A DNA stretch of 64,000 nucleotides from Chrysomallon squamiferum. Lineage: Eukaryota > Animalia > Mollusca. Position 1 is the stretch's first letter; each line of letters begins with the position of its first letter. The translations under genes and the position numbers were made by a program. This document shows, piece after piece, positions 35,703 to 49,500 of this stretch. The stretch covers positions 34,472,001 to 34,536,000 of the forward strand of contig CM022665.1 of assembly GCA_012295275.1 (NCBI GenBank), in the 5' to 3' direction. A model generated the notes under the pieces. It had not been told where the DNA came from. It saw only the letters and a program-made list of their open reading frames with translations, and made no database searches.

Positions 35703-38700
35703 ATGGCTACGATCTTGAAACTAGTGGCGCAAGGAAAAATACCACCTTATATTGTAATTTCATGGTTGAAAAAGAACTTTGACGTACGTACTTTAAAGAT
35801 AATTAACACAGTTAAATGAATGTTAAAGTTTTATATATGCGATAGCTTTAATTTCGTGTAGATCTCGTTTTTGTTCAAATTATTGTTAGCAATGACTCAT
35901 TAACTAATAACTAATAACATTAACAATAATTTGAACAAAAAATGAGATCGTTAAATCAGATAGGGATAAATCAGATTCGGTATCGTCACAGTGTCATTTC
36001 TTCCTGCAGTGCACATTTTAACTCGAGTTGCAACATCCAAATAATACTACTACTAATAATAATAATAATAGTAATAATAATAGTAATAATAGTAAGTTGA
36101 AAGTACGTTTATTCTTTCAGGTTAAAAAAAAAAAAAAAAATTTATTTGTTAATTATGACAGCTGAAAATATTTGTTTATTTTGCTGTTAATAATATTATT
36201 TCTTTTTAAAGGATGACACATCACAGATGCTTTATGAATATGACGATCTTCAACATGAATTCGTTCCATACTTCCTCAACTACTTACGTTACCAAACAAT
36301 ACATTTGTTACAAAATAACAAAAATACAAACCTTTCTCCTGCAAAAACACCACATTTGAATAGTGTTAAAAGTGATGACAGTGGTGGCCATATCGGCAGT
36401 AGTGATTCAAAATGTTCTGCAGACAGCGAAACTATAGTTGTATCACCTGATACATTTTATCTTTCAAACAACAATAAAGATCCATCTGACAAAAGAAACT
36501 GTCAGAAATTAGTAAACAATTATAAAGATGAGTGTCAACAGAAAAATGAAAACTTCTTACCCAACAGTCAGGCTAATGTGTGCAAATCACCTGTTCAAGG
36601 ACAAACTCATGATAACCAGAGAGCTAAGCAGAAGCTTAGCTTTGGTGAATTTTTTAAAACACTTGATGTTAGTAAACAAAAGAAAAAAGTTAAAACCAAT
36701 CTGAGTAGAGAGGGTTCTCCCTATGAGTTTATTACATCTCCATCTTGTTCAGTTAAAAAGAGAAACTTTAACAAAAAGAAGAGGTCATGTCAGAACATAT
36801 CCATTAATGGTCAAATCAACAATCAAGATACACAAGTTTTCAGTCTTTTGAGTTTTAGTGATTTCCCACCAGTGAGTGCTGTATGCAGCCCAAGGTATGA
36901 TTATTCATATATAATACAAAATATCTGTTGTTATTTATGTGAAATAAGTAATCTGCTAGAATCTTTACTATCTTTAATAATAATAATAATAAAAAAGTTT
37001 AAAATAAAAAATAAATAAAAATAAACTAGAAAGTGATCCTGTAAGTAGTTTCAGAAAAAGAGTTTCAAAAGCATTAATGTTATTTAATCAACAGTATTAA
37101 TTACTTTTTGCTAATATGCATATGAATGTTTCATACATAATATTCTTTGGATTGGAAGGAAAAGATTGGAGAGAAGATAGTTTGAATCACTTCCTCTGCT
37201 TTGAGCTCTTTTCCATTAAGATGGTAACCAGATATAGCAAGCTTGGGAAAACCAGGAGGTGTAGAAATGTTTCCAAGCCAAGCTTTTCAGGTTTTGCATA
37301 TGTGATCTGTTGTGTATTATCCTGTTAAAGTAAAACACTTTTGCTATTCATCAAACTAGACTGTATTTTCTTTCAGTGCAGCAGGCAACCATTTTTAACT
37401 CCTGACAGTCGATTTAGGAAAGATGCTGAAAAGATCCATGTTCAAAATATATTACAACACTAATATTATCATACTTTTGAATCAAGTGTTTTTTCATTAA
37501 GCATTTTGTGTTTTGTAATAATATATTTATCATTTAGAGCTTACAAGATCATTAAAAGAAAAAATGATTGTCCTTTTTGAATATTATCAATAACTAAATT
37601 TGATAATTATTTGTTGCATCTTTCAGTGCAGATATAAAGTCTCAGATCAAGCCTGCAAATACTGATATGAATTCAGTCGGAAGATCTACTGAGACTTCTA
37701 AAAATCCATCTCGACGGATAAAACCAACATTTTTGCAGCAGGATTGCAAAAAACCTCTAACTTCCACTTTTCTGAATGCACCTGTTGAAAACAAGCCTAA
37801 GACATGCAGTTCTTCTAAGATTGTAGAGGATGATGGGAAATTGACTTTCAGAGAAGAAAGAGAGCTTCTTAGGTAGGTTTGATATTCGTGTACTTATGTG
37901 AAGATTAAACTTAGAACTATGAAATCATTAACAATGTGTGTGTGTGTACAGACATATATATATATATCATTTATGATTTCATAAAAGTTAAACATTCACA
38001 CAAGTATCATATATGTTACTAGATTTTATACAACTGTTATTTAGTTAAATAAAGCAAGGACTTTGTTCATTTGAGGAATATTTGAATAGAGCACATTAAA
38101 TATATGTACAATTCTATTTGCATTTTTGTTGTCAGTGAGGTTTAACACAAAATGTAATTAGGTTATTTGTTTCTACAAGTTACTTAGGAAAATACGAGGT
38201 TTAACACATTGAATTATTGCTATGAAAAAAGTGTATAAACTGTGATAAATATAAAGTTCTAATGTTTTTATATTGTCATTTTTACAGACAGATGAAGGCA
38301 AAGCAAGATATCACCTATAAAACACCAAGCAAACAGATATCAACACAAGTGACATCTTTCATGATCACACCATCTAGGCTTGACCATTTCAGTGAATTTG
38401 TTGTGGCCTGTCCCGAGGAGGTCACAAATAAAGATGTACTTGATTTATTGGTTGAGTTGTATTCTGGATGTCTTCAAGGTTTGAATGTTTTTATATTATA
38501 TTCAGAATTCCCCAAACTAAAAATGGTACTATTTCATTTACTGTATATACTTGTGTACAAGGCGATCTTACGTATAAGTCGATGTGTATTTTAAGACCAA
38601 AAATTGCATCATTTTAGGTATTACTTGTGTATAAGTCGACTGTAGATTCCAGGCACTGTCACTATTTTTAGACCAGTGTGACAGTGCCACGAAGGCCTAC

Positions 38701-41700
38701 ATTGTATGCCTACTGTAACATAACTTGCACGAACATACCATAATAACGTAAATGCATGTATTACACGAGCTATAGCCTAAATCATTGCAAGACGCCGTAA
38801 GGCATAACGCCGTACTGGCGGTTTTCTCGCTTTAAAATGTATTTTTATGTCATTAAACGGAAGAATATCATGTTTTACATTCATATTTGGTTTTGTTATT
38901 TAATTTTTCAAAAATTTTTATACGATAAAATTATATTTTTGAAAAGCTGAAAGACCGCGATTATTTTAGATGCATCCTGTAGCAAAAAATAGTCAAAATG
39001 GCGACTCTTCAGCAACAGCTACAAAAGCATTACCTATGTATAAGTTGACCCCCCAAAAATTACCTTAATATAGTCTCCCAAAAATTCGACTTATACACAA
39101 GTATATACGATATAAATTATTAAAGGCAAATATGTAAAATAATGAACACATTGTTTGTTATTTCCAGGTTCAATGATGTATGTTGAAAATGTTTTCATAT
39201 TCCAGTACAACACATATTATGAACTTATTAACTTACTAAAAAAAAAGACAGTAAGAGTAAAGTAATTAACAGATGTTGTTTACAGTTTATAATATTATTT
39301 TCTATGATAATAAAAATAAATAAGATCTGAATGCACACAGATGAGTATAAACATAACAGTGTTACTTGGTCATAGGTAACAAACCATTTTTCAGTGCTAT
39401 ATTTAGTTTGTTTATATATTATGTTATACTTCTTTTCAGAGCATCTTTTTCCAAATGTGATTCAAGAATTGTATTTCCTGACCCAGCTTCTTACTGCTAG
39501 AGGCAGAGAAGTGACATTAGATCCTGCTCTGGGTATTGCTGTTGTTGTTGTTGTTGTTGTTGTTATTTGAAATTAACAGATTTTCTTGACATTCAGTATA
39601 TAATTTATTATCTTTACTGAACCATACAATTGAAAACAATTTTTTATTTCATATTTTAGATAAATATATTTGATTCATATTTTAATTTAGTTTTCTATGA
39701 AATTTAAAAAACAAATTCAACAAAAAAATATTTCTCACATTTTGTGTCAAAAACATCTTATTTATGGTGGTATTATCACTGATATTATTTCTGGTATTGA
39801 AAATGATTATCAACATTACTTTGTTTTTTATTTCTTTCCTGTAAAAGAAACTGAAGAAATAATTTATTTTGCGACTGTCCATAATGCTGTATATTTTGCT
39901 GTCAGTGTTATGGAGAAACAGATAAGGTAAGTTTCTTGAATTTGTTTTAGATTAAATTGTTAAAAACTAAGATTATTAATTCCATTTGAAAGAGGCAGAT
40001 ATTTAAAAGAAGAAGAAAAAAGATAAAATAGTTATATTAATTCTCTTTATTGATTGAATAATGTAGTATTAAATGAATTTGTTAGCAAATGTCAGAAATA
40101 TCAACTAGCATCTTTTAATCATTATTTTTATAACATTTGTAATTTTAATTTTAGCGTCATCAAACTACTGGACAAAAGTACTATTAAATTTCTGTGTGAC
40201 AATCACAGAGTGACAACATTTTCACCAAAAATGCATGATCAGTTAGAATGTATTTCTAATGCAAACAACAATGCAAAGGTTAGACACCTTAAGTAAAATT
40301 AAAAAAATAAATTGAACATAACTTACATATTATAAGAGGTTTATTTATTATTTTCTTTTTTAAGTAATGTGATACATATTTTATTATTTAGAAAATATAT
40401 TTTATTTTGTTACTCAGTCACTGTTACATCTTTTTTTATAATCAGTTTCTGTCATAGCATATCTCAGCTTTTTTGTTTAATTTTAATTTTTTATTTCTTT
40501 AATTATTATTCTCTTCAAAATCATTTTTCATAGTCAGTTATCTCTGTTTCTGTCTCTTTCTCTCTGTCTATCTTTCTGCCTTCTCATCAGTTATAGTCGA
40601 AAGAAAAATTTAAAACATTTTTTAGAACATAATTATTTTAATAACAAAAATAATTTAATCTTTAATTTACTTGAATTTTTAATTTTTTAAAATTAATTTT
40701 AGAAAACAACATGTTTTCCACAAATACCTATTGGTGGAGTTTCTTTTCAAGCAGACACTGATAATCGCAAAAACTTTCCTAGTGATAAATCTTTCCATCA
40801 GTTTAAAAAACAAAGGTGAGAACAAACAGCAGTAACTTTAATACTTGTTAAAAGTTTTTCAGTTTGAAAATATTTGTTATAATTCTAAAAAAAAATGTTG
40901 TTGTTCAAAAGGACTGTACTTCAGATATCTTTTTGTTTTAATTGCTGCTTTTTAATAATTATTTGATTGTAATTTGTATAACTATTATATATATTTTTAA
41001 TTATTCAGATGAAAAATAATTATTTCATATATTTGTTTTTAATTTTTTTTTATTGCAGGTGTGTTGATTTTAAAAACAAAATAATATATTATAATGTCTT
41101 AATTTCTGATTTGTATTTGACTGTTATTCAGAGATAGATCATAGAGCCTGTTTATGATTTCATAATCTCATAGCAGTAATTATAGACTTGAAAAAATATT
41201 CTTTTTAACAGACACAATTTATTTTTATTTCACTTTACTGTTTCAGTCATATATTTTTTGGTGGATATATTATATTAATTAAAACAATGATATGTTCACA
41301 TCAGACACCTAATAGTAAATATATTTGGATGATTAACATGGGTTTTACATTTTAAATATTTTAAAAGTATTTATTCACTTGTTTCAGATATATTTTATCA
41401 AATTATTCTAAATACTTGTTAGTTCGTTTTCATTTGTGGGTTGGGGTTATTTCAGAGATAGTTTTTACAAGTTAATTTTAAATGTTTGTTCATTTATGTT
41501 TCAGTGGCACATTTTATTATTTATTTTTACATTTGTGTTCATTCATTTATTTTGGAGATAAAGTTTACAAGTTAATTCTAAATAATTATTAATGTATTTG
41601 TTTCATTTTTATGTTTTACAAATTAATTCTAAACATTTGTTCAGGTATTTGTTTAAGATATATGTTTTAAGGGAGAAATGAAACACAAAGTTTTGTATGC

Positions 41701-44700
41701 GTTTGTTTCAGAGATATGTTTTATGAGCTAATTCGTGAGTGGGAGCTGAAACATGAAGTTGCAGGCTGGTCTTTGATGAACATGATGGGGAACAGGATTC
41801 GATCTCTAGTGGAGTTCCAAACTGACCTAGCAGATCACTTACACTTTGCTCGCTTGTTCCAGTCTCAGCTTATAGCAGTAAGAAACATAAACTTTAATTA
41901 CTTTGCTTGTTATATTCATTTTGATAAAATATATAAAAAAAAACCTTTTTAAAGTTGAATATGTCATTATGTGCTACATATATTTTGTCAACTTTCATAT
42001 TTTTAGCATCATTTTATTTTGTAAATGTTATAATAAGGATGCACTTAACTGAACTTCATGTATCAGTTTTAAAATGTGATTGATATTTGCTTTTTATTTT
42101 GCTAATACTGTTACATTGTGTAGACATTACATATGATATTACTTAATTATTTATGTTATGTTATTTAATACTAAAAATCTGATCTGATTATATCTCCGTC
42201 CATCCATCAGTCAATCTGTCTAATCACTGGTGTTGAATGATGAAACACATAGTGATTTTTGACAACATTGCAACAGTTGAGTCAGGTATAAATCATAATT
42301 AATTTACAAGTGAACTTAGATCTAAAACAATGCTAATTTGAATTCTTGTACTTAAGTCTTATTAAAATTATGCTCTTGAGAATGCAGATGCATCAAAAAT
42401 GTGTGATGTTAACACTGTTTTATTCATGTAAATGTCTGTAATTTTATTTATATTTGTCTCTTGTTTGATGCTAAAATCAAACTAAAATTTAATGTATTTT
42501 CAGATGTGCAAGGGAGACCAGTCTATAAAGATAAACCGAGATGATGAAAAAATATCACTGCTGAATCATCTGAAGAAAACAAATCCTGAGAAGTTCAAAA
42601 AGTAAAATTATGAAGAAGAAAAAAATGTAGCATTAAATGCTTTTAAAAAGGATTTAATGGGTTTTTAAAATATTTTTTAGTGTATATTTAATAAGAAATT
42701 GAATAATTGTTTTTTATTTGTTTTCATATATGTACAAAACTTGACATATCTATCATAGTCATTGACATTTTAATTATAAAATGTATTTAATTTTTTAAGA
42801 TACAATATCTTAGTAAGATTACAATACTATAAAAAAATCTTTATATAAATGGCAAAAAATAAAATAGTTTTTCTTTATTTCACATAGACTACAGGAAAGG
42901 TTTATCCAGCCATTCAGTACAGGAGGACCATGCCCCACACCCAGATTCCATGGTCATGAAGAATTCTTTCGTGATTTCATAGTGTCAGCATCCAGTTCCA
43001 CATTTAATCAGCATCTGTCAAACACATTTGTGTCAAAGGTTGAAGAGGTAGATATTTATTTTATGCTGTAAAACGGAAATTACATAGTCTGACTTCAGAT
43101 TAAAGAGTGCATTAATAATAATAATGATAATAATAATAATAAATTGGGAATTAAAGAAAGTTGGGCAGATTTCAGTAGAAGTAATGTTTGGAAAATATAT
43201 ATGAAACTCATTTTGTTTATTTGTAATCAACTTGTTTATTTTGCACACATAATTCACTAGTGTCTTTCTGTGTAGTTGAATGAACAAGAATTCGGCCACT
43301 CTACAGATAAACAAGATGCTTCTTTACTGGAAGATGGTGAGGTAATATTTGAATTTAAATCTTTTTTTATGTCAGTTAGGTTTACCTGGGTATGTTTTAA
43401 ACATACAAGACAGAATCTAATTTGACTAATGAATACTAAAAAAAAATTGATTGAATATTTGTTTAATAACACATAACTATCTTTTAAACTTAGTTAGGTT
43501 TATAGTTTCTGAATATGTTTCAATACTTAATGATAGATGTTACATTTCAATTAGATTTTGGCAATGAAATCTGAATTTTTAAAAAAAACCTCATATTTGG
43601 AAATATCTTTAGAAGACAGTTAGGTCTTCTTTCGTAAATGTGATAATATGGTTATTGTTGTTTCTATTCAACGTTGTGGACATTTTCTTTCAGTGATGTG
43701 AAATGTCCAGCAAAATATGGAAATCTATGCTTTTTGAAATCTGTTCTTTTGGTGTTTCATTTTTTTTAAATTTATAAATTGTTAGAACCTGAAAGCAAAC
43801 AGACTAGTTCCAGTGAAAGAAACAAAAATTGCAATATTGGAAATGGAAAGATACAACACAGTACCTTTCCAGGTTGTTGCAAATGGCAAATGGCAAATGA
43901 CAAAATACCATTTTTATTCCAAGATATCCTATATTTGTGCTTTTTGGTATTTCCTTCTTTCTTTCCTTCCCAAAGCCTGTTTATACCCCTATTCTTTATG
44001 ATTTTTCTTGTTTTTAAACAGCAGGAGAGAGAAATGTTTGAGTGTTGTTTGCTGACTCTGAGACTGATAGGAAAGTTTCTCGGCTTTCTCACATTTCACC
44101 CTTATTCTACAACTGATCCACTTCCTGATGTTGTACAGACAAATTATTTAATCCAGAGAAACAAAGTAAGACTATTTTGTCAATCCTGGTCATAATTCAT
44201 TATATTGCTGCTTCTAAATGAATGAATTTACCCTTTTCAAATTTCAGATTTGCATTAACTGTAAAGAATTCATCGTGAAAGTTACAGCTTAGATAATTTC
44301 TAATTTGAACATTTTAATTTAATTTCCAGTACAAGAACTGTTCATTTAAAGAAAATATTTTTTACAATATCTAAGTACTGATGTATTCATTGTCAAAGTA
44401 TCTATTCTGTTTTTGCAGTTAAAACTGTTTTAGGATATGTTATTTAAAAGAAAATATATTCCTCTTGTTTTTGTTCTGTTTGTGTTATATAAAAAAAAAA
44501 AATTGATATTAGGTAGGTAATTCCGGAAAACATTTTTTTTTTTTTACAAGATATTAGCTATAAATGATGGCATATATTATTATATGTGAACTTGCTTAAT
44601 TTGATATATTTTAATTGTTTTAGAATCCACCTCCTCTGGATTTAACAATGTTTGTGAAAAAAGCAGTGCTATCTAAACGTCTGGTTGTAACTATTCCCTG

Positions 44701-46546
44701 GGTGATAGAATATCTCTCAATGATGGATTACGCAGCACCACTCACTGACTACTATCACTCTCTGCTGTCTCTTTTAATACATGTACTCAGGTAAATCTTG
44801 TTGCTGTTCTTAGTATTATTTTTATTATTATATGTAATAACTTAGAAGAAACCATTTGTCATGAGATAACAAAAGTTAAACTTTTTAAACAAAATATTTA
44901 TTTTTATATATATGAGATATCTGTAATTAAAAACTCATCTGTGTTTGTCTTTCAGTAATGTTAACATATTTTTTTTTATAATCCCTTCATTTGTTAATTG
45001 TGACCATAATTAGGAATTAATGTACATTACAAATTTAAAATAATATAATTAGTTTGAATGGTTGGTTGTGGTGTGTTATGTTCTGTTTAACTCCTATAAC
45101 GAACAAGTTTTCAAGAATGTGACGGAACCTCATTAGTACCTCTTTGCCAGACTTATTTTTAATTGTAATTTTGTTTTCTATGTAGTGAATTTTATAATAT
45201 TCACAAAACACTTACTTTTATATGCCCATTTAAAGCAGAATGTCTGCTATATTTTATATTAAGTATATTATTATATCACAGTTATATTTATTTGCCTATC
45301 ATGTAAAAACATGTTTATAAATTCATATTTTTACAGTTCTTAAATGTTTACCTAATTAATGTCAGAAAATGGGGTAAATACACAAAAACTAAATAGAGCA
45401 TATACAGACGAACATGGGCTATTTAGAAGCTGTATTATATAATTAGGGGAAGTTCCATTATTTTACAAACTAAGAAACACTGAGATTAACAAACTCAAAA
45501 TTGGCATTTAAGTTGCAAAGTAAATTCAGAAAGGTTGTCTGCAGAAGGCTTTCATGAACACCCAAGCGATCTCTATAAATAGGCATTGCATGTTTTAACT
45601 GGGATCTTTTGATTGATGCACAGTCTTGCGACATGTTGTCTGAGGGCCATCTGTGCAAGACAAAGGACAACTCAGGCAATGATAATTATGGTTTAAATGT
45701 TTTTTATGTGACATACATGTTGATTGATTGAAGAGAGTTAAATCTATTACTGTGGATATTTTACTGTGTTATTCTGTGGTACATACTTGCGCCTGAAAAC
45801 TAAGGTAACTTATTTTAGTAACTAAAAGATTAGTTAGAAAGTTAAAGTAACCAACTGGGCTTAATTATTTTAGTATTATCTATCAACACTATTTGCTTTT
45901 AAATTGTATTGTTCAAATTGTACGATTAAATTATATGTTAACATTGATGGTTAATTTAGGTGAAATATATGGATATAAAACAGTTACCCATATTCAATTC
46001 TTGTTGGTGTTATTATTATCTAGTGGATACAGAATAGTCTCAGATTGTTAACGTGACACTATTCTAGTCTGCTACCCTTGGGTTGAACCAAATTTTAGGT
46101 ATTAATACTAGTCACTGTGACAAAGAAGTTTCAAAATAATAAATAACCTGGAAAAAAAAAAAATGAAGAAGAAAATAACATCTGTCATTTTAAAATGACA
46201 AATATAAAGTGGTAAAAAAGAAAATGGTACCAAAAATGTTCATGCATGCATTCATTTCCAAATAAACAGGAAAAATATACATTTTATTTGAAAATGAAGT
46301 AATATTAGAAAGATAATAATAATAAAAAAATAATTAAAAAATTGAATTGCTTTGAAGAAAGAATTATTTTTATATGTTTAAAGTTTTATTTTTCAGGCAG
46401 TCATGGGTAGAGATTCAGAAAGGTCAAAACTGTTATGGACATTTTCTTATTGTTGTTTTGATAGAATGGTTGTTAGAAGTAAGAGCTGGTTTTTCTTTAA
46501 AAGATATATGAATTGTATTGTACAACTAGATCCTTCATTAATCAAA

Positions 46547-46587
<41 letters not shown>

Positions 46588-49500
46588 TAATAAAATAATA
46601 AATATATATAACTATTAATAATAAAAAGAAAAAGAATAAAAATGCTATAACAAATGCATGTTTTAATTCCAGTATTTTCCATTAATATTCATTTTCCTCA
46701 CATTATTCATAGAAAGTTTACTAATTAGGTACCTTATAACATTTCAGAATACCAGAACACTGGGAGGTCTGTTTTTCAAAGAAATATCATCAGATGTATT
46801 GTTACTGGGTTCTGATTTGGATGGTAGTGGGCCTGTGGTATGTGTAAAGATTAATATAGCAACCACAAAAAATATCTCCAAATGTTATCAAACAGAAATT
46901 TGTTGTTTAATTCATTTAGTGTATTGTTTAAATTTCAGAAAAAGATTTACTGGAATCTTTTCTTTCAAGTTTTAAGTTTTCTTTTTTCTTTTTTTTCCTC
47001 TACTTTTCTTTTTTTTGAAGAAAATAAAAAAATAAATAGTAAAAATAAAAATTGAAAAATTAAAATATATATAAAATTTGTATTTCAGGATATTTATCAC
47101 TTGGTAACTCAGGAACTGCTTTACATATGTTGTCCATATGCCGGTTGGTTGTATTTTATGTCAGTTTTATATATTAGTGCCAAATTTACTGGTCTTAGTA
47201 TAAAAATCTCTAAATGGGTTTTTTTACTTGATAGGAATTGTACAGAAAATTATCTTAAGTTCCCATATTATTAACACTGCAGAATTTTAAATCTTATTAA
47301 CAGTAAATAAAAAAAATCTGTTAATATTGAGATACAAAATATTTAGTTCATTGTTTATATTGTTTGTCAGGTGAAATGAGGTCACTCCTGATGGAATTTG
47401 CAATAGGAACAAACTGTCGTTCAGCAATAAGAAAGATAACTCCAGTAGCTGCTGACACAGGACTTGCAGTGACAGCATCACAGAAACAAATACAAGTAGG
47501 AATATATTTTATTAATATTACTCATTCATATTCAGATTGTCTGTCTCTCTGTATCTGTCCATCTATCTATTTATATCTGTGTATGTTTGTGTGTCTGGGT
47601 GGGTGTGTAAGTGTGTATTTTTACACTTATTTTTTCAGTATTTCTTAGTAAAATATTTAAAAGCAAAGACACTAAACATTGTAAGACCTTTCCGAAATTT
47701 GGATTATCCTGAATTATGTGATTTGTTGGAAAGTGGTTGGGGGAGATCACAGTAAATTTGTATTTGCCGTAGTATTAGTAATGTTTGTCAGAATTTTTAT
47801 TTTATGTTACAGTAAATATAATCATACTCACTGGAGATATTTGGGGAATTTCTTTTTTTTTTTTGCATCATTTGTAATTAATATTTATTATTACAGATAT
47901 AAACATCCCTTTCTAATTTCTAATTGTCTGTTTTATAGTTCTAATAATGTTGATTGTTCAGTAAAAAATCATTTAAAAAAAAAATCTTTTGTTTTCTTCT
48001 TTTTTTTTCTCACTTTTATACTTTGTTCAGAGTCAGCTGGAAGAGAATTTTTTCCACAATCATCCTGCCTCCTTGAAACGTACAGTTGAATTTGTTGCTG
48101 AAAGGACAGCATCTAATTTCATAAAGAGATTCCGATCAACTCTGTTACCAAAGTCATTGAGTGAAGCAAAAAGCAGAGTGGAACAGATATTTCATACGAC
48201 TGTACAATCATCTTCTAACAAGACAAAGGTGATATGTTGATTGATGAAATCAGGGAACATACGTATTTGGTTTAGATCTGATCTTTCTCCTTCAGCCTCT
48301 GTTCTTTCTTTTGGGGTTTTATTAGATTTGCTTTCATGTATATATTTAATATTTATAAATTATATAAGGTCCCTGATAATATTAAAAATCGTCACACAGC
48401 TTCAATTCAGTTACATTTTTGCATATTCAGACTTTCAAATATGAACATTTGAAAAAAAAAGGACAAACTCTTTGGCCAACTGTTATTAATAAACTAAACA
48501 AAGGAAGGGAAAGAAAAACTTCAAATGAAATTTGTATAAATAATTAATTAATAACAAATAATATTGTTAGCATACATATTTTTAACTTGCTGATCATTTG
48601 CTTATTATTTAAACTTCAGCCTTGTGTAATCATGTTAATTATTGTGTGCAGTGGATATTTATATATAAAATAAGGTCTTTTTGATTTTTTTTCTGGAGTT
48701 GAATATTCCTTCATGATCTGCATCTAATATGCTTGATTATTCTCCAGTGTTCGACATTCAAAATTCAATTGAGATTTTCTTTTAAAAATAATACATATAT
48801 ATATATATGTATTATTTTTAAAAGAAAATTCACTAATATGTTTTATCATTTATTACCATTCTGATAACTACATATTTCAAATTTTTCAGCTCTTTTAAAT
48901 ATATATCTCTATATATCCATATATATAACTATATAAAAGTCCTGCTACACTTTTAAGTTTTAATTAAATGAAAACAGCTATATGGATTTGATCAAAATTA
49001 GTCTTCTGTTTTCTTAGGCTCCATAGACTTCAACGTGAGCACCTTCTTTTTCGAAACACATTGCCCACCTCTTCAAGCATTCCTCTCCAACTCCGGTCAT
49101 CATCTCCCTTGTAACAAGATTGCAGACATTCCTTATACATTCCTCTAACTCTTCAACACTCCTGGGCTTTAGCACAATGTGGAGGAGCACAATCTTATAT
49201 CAATAATCACATTATGCTAAAGCAGTTCGCAATTTATTGAATCACAAGTTCCCTGATAGATGGGTGGAACATCGAGGACCTCTGGAGGGGGTGCCACATT
49301 CTCCAGAGATAGAGGAACATATAAGGAATGCCTACAATCTTGTTACAAGGAAGATGCTGACTGGAGTTGGAGAGGAATGCTTGAAGAGGTGGGCAATGTG
49401 TCTTGAAAAAGAAGGTGCTCACGTTGAAGTCTATTTTATTAGTTCACGACTAATTTTGTTCAAATCCGTAAAGCCATTAGTCACGGGGCTCACACCTTGT

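Noticed and set aside
43779-44024. Long ORF upstream of CDAN1 exon 13 as an extended exon; CAGCAG tandem acceptor
   Set aside because: The upstream part is pyrimidine-rich intron with no codanin similarity; the NAGNAG changes one Gln at most
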